A DNA stretch of 60,786 nucleotides, filler included, from Sphacelaria rigidula (taxonomy: Eukaryota), in assembly GCA_964200075.2 (NCBI GenBank). It is 10 parts of 10 records of this genome, joined end to end, with 100 filler letters (N's around TTAATTAATTAA, not from the genome) between each part and the next. Parts side by side here need not be neighbours in the genome. Positions count along the whole stretch, not along the records: positions 48,711 to 54,698 come from CAXNAA020022986.1; positions 54,799 to 60,786 come from CAXNAA020022987.1; 8 more parts are not named here. One strand, 5' to 3'. The number at the start of each line of letters is the position of its first letter. The stretch's first letter is position 1. Of this stretch, positions 51,418 to 60,786 are shown piece by piece. Below the pieces are notes generated by a model. That model made no database searches, had not been told where the DNA came from, and worked only from the letters and a program-made list of their open reading frames with translations. A program made the position numbers and the translations under genes.

Positions 51418-53904
51418 CTGTCGAGCGTGTTTTTTTCAATATAAAACGAAAATATTTATCTCAACCAAGCAAACGAACACAAGAGTCAATGTCGCCGCTG
51501 CCGACTTTCTCTGCTAGCGGGACTTTTAGGCGATTTAGGCCATCTTCATGGCAACGTATCTCGATTTTTTCAGACCATCGGGGGGACTGAAATTCGCGAG
51601 CTCAAAACCGGGGGAACCATTATATGGTACCACAGATTTGCGAAACAGTTCTGTACACAGTAATCTTCTGCATGAGTGTGGTATGGCGTACTCGTGCATG
51701 AAGCCGGAGAGCAGGCAGGCGATGAGTAATCCTTCGAGCACAGTGTCTTACCGTGGTACCCTAGGGTAATACAGTGCAGGACACTCCATTATTACAATGC
51801 ATGATAATGCCGTGTGGTAATACATGATGGCACAGTCGGTATTGCGAGAACAGTAAACAAACACTACGCGCGAAGGGTTCAGTAGTGTGGTGCCATACAT
51901 CACCCTGCAAGCACAGCGACCACAGACTAGGATAGTACTGTACCATTCGTTATAGTGATAGATATCAGCTGATAAATATGGCAGCGCGGTGCAGCATAAA
52001 ATATTACCATCGCTGCGGGGTCCGACGTCAACATTTCTTATCTGCTTGTCAAACCCCGTGCAAAGCAGCTGGCGCGGGCATGCCCGCCCTGCACTGTGAC
52101 GACATTGTGTTCTGCTGCGGTTGCAAACATATCAAGCGCCTCGTACGCTACCATCGTAAGTCAATGCACGTACGCCACTTCCTCGAAATCGAGGGGGCCT
52201 CAAATTTCCCCCGATTTTTTTTCTCCCCCGGTTTGGCCCAGATCGGGGTCCAAAGAATGCATTCCCCGATTTTTTCCCTCTGATCTGCGTAAAAATCGAG
52301 ATTGGTTGTATATCTGTGGTTGAAAACATCACTACTTGATTTTAGGGTTGAGAAAGTTCTGGGAAAATTTATGGACTCGGGCAGATAAGAAGTGAACACA
52401 GCTCGTTCAGACCGTGTTGTCGAAATCGGCGCCTGCGGCGTCGATTTTAGGTCTACCAACGCACGCTTTGCCTCGGCGGCCCTCTACATCCCCCTTGCCG
52501 AAGGGTCTCGTACGCCTGGGGTCGGGGTGAGGGTGAGAGTTAGCGTTATTGTTAGTTCGTTCGAAAAAATAAAATAAATAAAACTCTAGATATAGGACCA
52601 ATATTCAGGCTGGTGAAACGAGCATCACTTGCAGGCAGACGCACTCGGACCCCTTTTTGAGCGGCAAAAGGAACGTTTTAACGGGTCTTTTGCGGCAAAA
52701 ACATCTCGATCTGCAAAAAATGTGAGCAGGTGTTTCAACCAGGTCAGGTCACTTCTTGCAGCAAAAAAAATAAAAATCTGGACAAAAAGTGCCTTTCTGG
52801 AGCTTATCCGTCGTTTTACGCCCAAAAAGAGAGCTATGCGAGTTTCAACACTATGGAAGGCCTTGTTGTACTCATCGAGACGGTTCCAGGACAGCTGTGC
52901 GTTTTCCCTGTGACCGCACTTTTTTCCCCCCAACCTTGCATTGTTTTCGGATATATTTCTCATTTTTCTCGGCGACCGGTCAAGTCAGAGACAGTTCCAG
53001 GCGGTGGAGTCTACCGTAGGTGTGGAAATTTCTGACTTCGCTTCAGTGTGGAAGCCAAAATCTGGGTCTATGATGGGGGCTGTGTACCTGGCGTGCGTAG
53101 AATGCGTTTTCGTCGAAATCGACGCTGCAGGCGCCGATTTGAGGTCTCGCAACGCACACTTTGCCTAGGTGACACTTTTCATCCCTCTTGCGTTCTCGGT
53201 ATGCCTTCGTTGGGGTGGGGGTCAGGGTTGGGGTTAGGGATACAGTTATTCGACATCATTAATTTCCGAGAAAGTTCCATACCTACCAAATGGTGAACTA
53301 ACCTCGTTCCAGGACACCTGTGCGTTTAGGAAAAAAAAAAACGAACTGCCGCACCGCCTTCATCCGTTGCCCCAAAATCTCAAACTTACATGCCTATTTG
53401 TTTGGATCGACCGGTCTATAATTGTCATCACATCCGCCTAGATTGTTCACATTCGTACTCGTTTCACAAATAGCAGATCCCGCTACGCTCTGATCTTTCA
53501 CATTTTTCCGGTAACCGCACCATTGTTTTCACCACCCTTGCATTATTCTCGGAGAACGCTCATTTTTCTCGCAGACCGGGTAAGTCAGCCGTCTCAGCGA
53601 GTACTCCAAGGTGTCAAAATCCGCCCAGCTTTCCTTTAGGGCCTAAAACGACGCAGGAGCGTAGTTCTCCAGATTTTTCGGGCATTGAATAAGTTCAACT
53701 CTGAGTGAATGCGAGCAGTGGTCCATTTGTGAATCGGAATCATCTTCATGTCCTTCTTCAAGCGAAGTCGATGTCGTTACATGATGCTTCAGGGTTCGGT
53801 GCGTGAATGTAACATTCGGCTTGACGTTTGTATAACTTTCTGCACAAACCCAATACAAAACAGTACACAAACAGCAATATAATGATATTCTACGGTACAC
53901 ACAC

Positions 53905-54088
53905 GATTAAAAGTAAGACAAGTTCCGCAGAAAAGGAAGGTGGAATGCTAAAACAAATATATATATATATATATATATATAACTCTTGAATGTGTTGACC
54001 TTCCTCTTGTGTGACTCCTGCTTGTGCGCCCAATTATACCGAAAGGCGTAGGCTGGCGTCCGGAATGGATAGGATGACAACACACACA
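53905..54088 (+). mobile_element. tRNA-derived SINE, 3' fragment with internal (TA)n expansion
   Basis: ccgcagaaaaggaaggtgg, tgtgttgaccttcctcttgtgtgac and gacaacacaca. Confidence 0.75.
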
Positions 54089-54889
54089 GTAGTGTAATCA
54101 TCCTACGGTAGGGGTTACACATTTGTGCCAGATCTTCCTCATTGAGGGGCTCCTGAAGTTCCGAGCTAGACAAAAATATGGGTCAGGACATTCCCGTTAT
54201 CAAATTCATTCGGGATATTCCTAGCTCATAGGAATGCCAGTCATGGGGTACTTTCGCATACCTCATACGTGTTTTTATTTCATGAGAGATAAAGAGTCGA
54301 ACCTCAGAAACAACATTTGTGCACCCCTACCAACATTCAAAGCAATCTCAATTCAAAGCATTTTTGGAAAGAGCATGTCATGACTTCATCAACGACCTGC
54401 GCCCGAGGGGCTTTAACCCCTTCGAAACGTGGGGTTGGACCCCCACCAGCAACTACGCCTATACCCTTCGAACGAGGGGGATGAGTAGGGTCAACGCCAT
54501 GTTTTATCAACAGAACGGCGCCCACGATAGGGTGCGCGGGGCAATGCGCTTCAAATAAGATACCTTGTCGTTTCAGAGTGGGAATGCTGCGCGGATGCCA
54601 AGGAAAAAAAGGGGGGGGGGGGGGGGGGAAAATATGACATTGCATCTCGCCGGCATGGGAGACCATTGACCTCCCCTCCCTACAAAGCCGGGAGGGAGNN
54701 NNNNNNNNNNNNNNNNNNNNNNNNNNNNNNNNNNNNNNNNNNTTAATTAATTAANNNNNNNNNNNNNNNNNNNNNNNNNNNNNNNNNNNNNNNNNNNNGG
54801 GCGTACTCATTTCTTGCTTGCCTTAGTCATTTGACCATTGACCACGCATCCCTTTCGAGACGGAGCATGGGGACCAATCCCGATCGCTT

Positions 54890-57800
54890 TAGTGAATAAT
54901 TTTACCGACCTTCATTCTTTGTTTCGCCTACTCATTACGCTAGAGCGGGGAAAACATGTTTTAGACCAAAGGGGTCAATTCAACATCCCCTGTCAATTCA
55001 GGCAGTAAGTCGTTCAATATTGAGGGCAGAGGAGATCTTTGTTTCGGAATGTGGAGCGGATGCCTGGTATCTCCCGATCCCAAAAATTCAAGATCAGACT
55101 TATCATTGGGATGAGCGGTGACACGCGAGAAGACTATTGAAAAATGCCAAGTGCGGAGAAATTATAAGATAGCATTTTTGCAGCTGAAAGCTGCCGTGCA
55201 TACTCCGCTCGCAAGATCCTTCACACTTGATATTGACGAAGAGAGCAACACCGAGAGAGAGAGAAAGCAGCATGCAACCGACGGCAGCTTGCACGATGAC
55301 ACACGGCTCCTGTCTCTAATCCCTGCCGCGGGCTAAGCGAAACAACCCCTGCGGATTACGAGGAGTGGCCTCTCCCCGATGCGTTTCCCGTCACCTAACC
55401 GGTCTTTCTCCCATATCCCATTCCCCCATGCCAGTCCATAACATTGCTCCTGTTCATCAATGTATTGCTAAAATCCGGACCAGGCTAAGAATCATTGTTC
55501 CGCTGTAAACACATAGATCGATGAAGGTTCGAAGAGACGAAAATTGCTGCGTCAGGTGTACCTAACCTTGAACGCGTCACATTTAACAAGCGTCGCACCC
55601 ACAAGCTGGCGCAAATGCAACAACGCATCACTTCCTCATATTCAAGCTGTGTGCACCGGTTGCCCTCACCGCAGCAGGTCCTGCGGCGCCGTGCTGCCTA
55701 CGAACGTATGAATCAGGTTCCGTCAGACACTCTCATCCTATACGAATGGGAGACTACATTTTCTTGTTTCCGCGCTTTTCATTTCCGCCCCTTGTAAGAA
55801 CGTTTCTAGTTGTGCAAACGTTCCATTTTGCACAGGCAGATTCTCGTTTACTATACTGGTTAGAGATTATTTGGTATCCGTTTGTTTTGCCAATACTCGC
55901 GACAAATGCAAGTAACTTCTTTCTCACGTTATCGCGTCCCTAGTGTACTTATCGAATACGACAAAGGGAAGCTTTTGTGGTGTACGTAGGGCACAAGCTC
56001 CTCCCTTCATCCCGAGTGCTACCGTGGACGAACTACCGGAGAGTTTCGGGGACAAATGAGTCTGGTCATTGCTGACCGAACGCACGCTATGCCTTGCCTA
56101 CTCCATGGAAGAATACTTCTCGTCTTCCCGCACGGCCAACAAACCCGTTCCTATCTTGCGAGTTTCTCCTTTGCGTCTGGCATAACCATCAATGTCGGGA
56201 TGAAAGCTCACCCCACGGCATGCCGAGCTTCCGAAGGAAAAACCCACTGTGGAGTTGGCCCCGTTTGGGTGGAATTGCTTTAGTTGCTTTTCTGACGCCC
56301 TACCATAAAAATCACGTCATGGCAGGTGTGAGCAGAAACGTGTTCGTACGGCTTCAGTGATGCACTCCGGAACTTTGATTGTTCGCAAGATACGCATGCA
56401 ATGCCACCATAACGGTGGAGGTTTCGAATGAATGTATTCCCCAAGATATCCCCTGAGTATTCGGAGCTCTCCCTCCACTACGCTCTGGAAAAAGAATCGC
56501 CTAGGGGGGTGGAACTTTGCATGAGATTAGCCCCTTCCCTAGGACGCGCGCAGCAGCGGCTATTATTTCGGAGTCTATGGTAACCTAGGACATGGTAACA
56601 TGGCGTTTGTCTGGAAATCGGGTGAATGTTGCCGATAAGTTGACGCATATGTTCCTTCAACAGGGAAATGGAGCGTTGCCAAGCTATGCTCGTTTTGCTC
56701 AGATCCCCAAGTGCGTGCTCGAACGAAGCACTACCGTGCGTCACCTGGTAAGTGACACTACAATATGATAGTACCGCTCTACGTTTGGGTGAAGCTCGGA
56801 AGAGGGAGGCTTCGGAGTACCATCGATGGACGGGCCAGCAACAATCGCGTTCAAGCCAATGCTTGCGAAGCTCTGAACTATCCACCGCATTTCCAGTGCG
56901 GAAACATTCACAACCACCGTTTTGGTTTCGATGCTACGTTTCCATCCATCGCTAAGACTTGACGGGTGTGCAAATAGGAGCATCGCGAGGTGAGAACTGT
57001 CCCCATGGAGATTCCCACCTCACGCGGCGCATTCCAAATGGTGTGTTGTAGATGTAACACCCGATCACCCAGGTGCATCTGAATTCTTCCTGCGTCGGTT
57101 TTTTGCTGCAGGTGCTGTCAGCGTATTTAACAGCAGCATGACTATCGATGGCGATACGGCTTTCACCAGCAACAGCGCCAGAGGTGGAGGTAAGACCTAC
57201 AGCAGTCCTAAGCACAAAGTCAAGTGGGGAGCAGTGCGTTCATTGACGGCGAAGCACGGGTACTGCCGAAGCTCCATTGTGGATGTTATTGGTGGAAACA
57301 TTTGAGTGAGTTGTAAAGGTAGTAAGAAGCATATTACTCAAGCACCCGACCGCCGCGAGACCGCTCATTGAACAGCATCAAACTCGGCTTTCTATAGTCA
57401 CAACGGTGTAAAGTCGAAATCCCCCCACGGACAGTTCAAGAGTCCAGGTATATATATGTATATATATAACTTTCACATACTGCGTTCGTGGGGAGGTTTA
57501 CCCAAAGAAGGGGAGGTTTACTTCGTTCCCTTTTCGAAATGGTCACATTTCCTCCATTTAAAGTCCATTCGCGGTTTATCGTATGGTATAACAATGCTGC
57601 TTATCCCACTTCCATGTCATCCCACTCCAGTAGTTTTCGTCTAAAATGAGAGATTTTCGTAATTTTTTCGTCGTCGAAGATATATAGTGTGTTCGCGTGC
57701 CACCGCTCATCCCAGTGAACGAGTTACCCCTAAATTTGGGGATCAGGAGACACTAGGCACCCCCTCCACATTCCGAAGTAAGTTCACACCTGCGCTCATT

Positions 57801-58540
57801 GTTGAACGACGTACGAGCTGACCAGTTCCCGGGGGTCTTGGGACTATCCAGCCCCAGGCCCTGGTCCTTCAGTGTTATTGCTTGATTGACGCAAGTCCCA
57901 ATCGTTTTTTCGAACAAATGAAAATAATTGCTTTTTGTAATTTTCAACTATGTTTTGCGCTCGAGCCGAAATACTCTGTGTTTTGGATCAGCGACAGTCG
58001 ATAACACCCCCTGATGAACAAGGTACTTCCCCCGTGTCACCGCGACAATATAGAGCTGAAGATTATGTCGTGAGGACGACCTGATTCTCTCCCCAATATC
58101 TATCAAAGCTAAGGCTTCGGAGCGCCAAGCACGGACTCTACACGAGAATTTTCAGAAGAGTACCCAAAAACGAAGCTTACCCAACCGAGCTCTGCATAGC
58201 ACAGGTGGGGGTGGACCAGGTTCGATCACTCTCACAAATGATTTCACGGGCCCTCTTTTTTTGTTGTAACTTCTCATTGCGCTAGAGCCGAAAAAAACAC
58301 CTCCGGGCAATTCAGCTCGGACGTCGTCACATGTTGAGCACAGAGACGAGTTTTGTCTCGGACTATGGAGCTGATGCCTAGTATTTCTCGACTCCCAAAG
58401 GTTGAGATCAACCGCTCGTTAGGATGAGCGGTGGCACGCGATAAAAACGTTGAAAATTGCCGACTACGAAAGTTTTCCGAAAATCTCTTATTTCAAATGA
58501 AACTACCACAGATTTCTTATCCCGCGAAAGCCTCTTTCAC
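54890..58540. repeat. Three diverged copies of a ~200-330-bp repeat: 54890-55230 (+), 57650-57835 (-) and 58230-58540 (+)
   Basis: Shared ggatgagcggtg(a/g)cacgcga and tggagc(g/t)gatgcct cores; the middle copy is inverted. Confidence 0.7.
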
Positions 58541-60786
58541 GCAATAGATAAAATAACTTTTCAGTGCTGTCCGTGGGGCTTTTGGTCACGCCCACCCCTT
58601 CCAGTTGACTGCGGTATATATCCACTATAAATCGCGTTTTTCAAGCCTTGCATGCACTTCTTTTTCACGTATCCCGACGGAATTGCGTTTTCCTCTTCCG
58701 ACACTGTCGCGTATATCGCGCTCTTGTAACTTCCGAATCCACGTTAGCTACGTGCTGACACTCTATTTCATTTTTTTCTCGTGTTTCTTGTCATGCCTGT
58801 CTTGAACGTTGCTTGCCTACAACTGGCTTCAACAACTTCACCATTATCCTCGATTCTCAATCATTTAATTGACTCACCATCTATCTTATTCATGCCAAGA
58901 TACTTGTCATCATGTCCGCTGCGTCCAGGCCCAGGGCCACATAGGCAGACGAAGAGGGAGAGAGATAAGGTATGTGATCGAGAAAGTAGCACTTCGAACT
59001 AGGGAGGCGCATACGCTGTGTGAGGTTGAACGAGCAGATAAAAAAAGAAGCGAGAAGCACGCGAGTACGCAGCACACACGAGCAAGCAAACACGCAAGCA
59101 AGCGAGCAAGTAGGCAAAACAAGCAGCGTAGACCAAAATACCAGTTCTGACAACGCAGAGGTATCATGCGACAGGACCCGAACCGGAAACAGGGGAGGGG
59201 GGCGACATCAGTCTGCCACAAGGCTTTCCAACTGTAGGTACTCGTGGTTTCCGTCATCGAGCCTGCCTGTGTTTTGCTTTCAAATTCGCTTTTTTTGGGC
59301 TATATCTCTTTCATGGCTACACCAACGAAAAAGGGTCGGAAATGGGAACCTCGAAGGTGTAGTTTACTCCAAGCGCAAAGAGTATTTCAGAGAAAATGTC
59401 CAGTGCCCACTATTGTTACCCCCGCGTTCTACGTCGTCTGCGATTCAATACTTTCATATGTACCAGTTCCCTCTACCATTTCTCGCACGTTTGTGATGCC
59501 GTATCAATTGAGTCGTACCTCCCCCGCGGTGGACATGGGTCGAGCGAGTGAAACGTTTCGAATCATCAGACCAGACGACGTATGGCCGTCGTGTTATTTT
59601 CCGGGGACGGTGTGCGCACTGATATCGCCCTCTCCCCTTGTTTTGCTCTGGGACAACGGAATAGAGGAGCGCCGCTTTTGAGCTTTTCCTCTCTTCGTCG
59701 TGCTTCGACCACTTATTTGCGGACGAAAGTGTTAAACATCCTCTCTCACTAAGTGGTTGATATATTTCCAACCATCATACCGATTCTGCGGAAGCTGCCC
59801 GTGCCGCAGCTTCTCTAACTCACACTTACAAAATATAAATGATGTCGAGTTGCTTAGGTTCTATGACTTGAAACAATGTGCTGGTATAGGCAGTAATGTT
59901 TAGGCAGTCAAACCACCTTCTCGAACTGGCGACGTGAATTCGTCGAAAGTGCTAGGTCGACGGGGCAACTGCAGACGCGATGGCCTCTCCATGTACTTGG
60001 AATTTGCTCCTGCTACGCTGAATTTTGTTCTTGCTGATTACTGTTTTTAAAAGCAACAAGATTTTCGCGCCCATCTAATGGTTGCTGTGACTGCCTATGA
60101 TTGCTGTGTCTCGTCTAGTTAGTAAGTGCACTATATGTTAGTGAGACCGCGGAATTGGTCATGGCCAGCGGTGACACATTATTCACGAACAACTCAGCAA
60201 CAGGAAACGGAGGTGATAGCAGCGAAGAAGCTAGTGTAGGAGAGAGCAGTCGCAAACCCGCTCTTTCTCGTTTTTTCAAGGCGTCAAAATACCTCCGGGC
60301 GTGATAGCCTTGTTTGAAAGTACAGTTGGAATACATTGTCGGCGGATTTTCTGCAAGTCAGCATTTGAAAGAATCCCGAAGCAGCGGGTCACGATAGGGA
60401 ATGGACAACGCCTGATACGTTTAAGCCAGGCTATGGACAACTTATCCTACGGAACCGGCACAGCGCGCCGAACCAGTTGCACGCTCATGGCTACGACTGC
60501 TCGCGGTAAGATGACCTGTCAGCGTTTACGATGCTTGTCGGCATCTTCGCTTTCCCTCCCTCTGGCTTGACGGTTCCTTTCCCCGTAATGCTCGTGTCAC
60601 CCGCCCATCGACGCAGGAGCTGTAGCAGGTTTACTGGACTCTTCGGTGACCATCAGAGGGTCGATATATTTTCGACATAACACAGCAGAGGAAAACGGAG
60701 GTGAAAATCTAGAGTGGAGGCGGGGGTGGGGGCGGGGCGGGAAGAGGGGGGGGGGCGTACTCATTTGTTCTCATGTGTTGCTTGCC

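Overview
This is eukaryotic, repeat-rich DNA, not a prokaryotic locus. The window is an artificial concatenation of ten unrelated, size-sorted contigs (5989 or 5988 bp each) joined by 100-bp N44-TTAATTAATTAA-N44 linkers, so nothing can be inferred across the linkers. Short exons in long TE-filled introns and the TE spectrum suggest a stramenopile, probably a brown alga; this is an inference. Supportable content: (1) 3' exons of an EXO1-like nuclease gene (+, contig 2); (2) four exons of a class-1 DYRK kinase (-, contig 9), plus a candidate in-frame 21-nt micro-exon; (3) a decayed Ty3/Gypsy element with LTR, PBS, gag, PR and RT (contig 7); (4) a decayed tyrosine-recombinase (Ngaro/DIRS-type) retrotransposon followed by a 15-unit array of ~62-bp repeats with a variable patch, then a Copia remnant with PPT and LTR (contig 8); (5) six copies of a tRNA-headed SINE; (6) a non-autonomous hAT element with a perfect 8-bp TSD; (7) Tourist-like PIF/Harbinger MITEs, including a three-level nest; (8) foldback elements and satellites. 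The most unusual structure is the repeat array next to the YR retrotransposon. No CRISPR or other novel system is demonstrated by the sequence alone.
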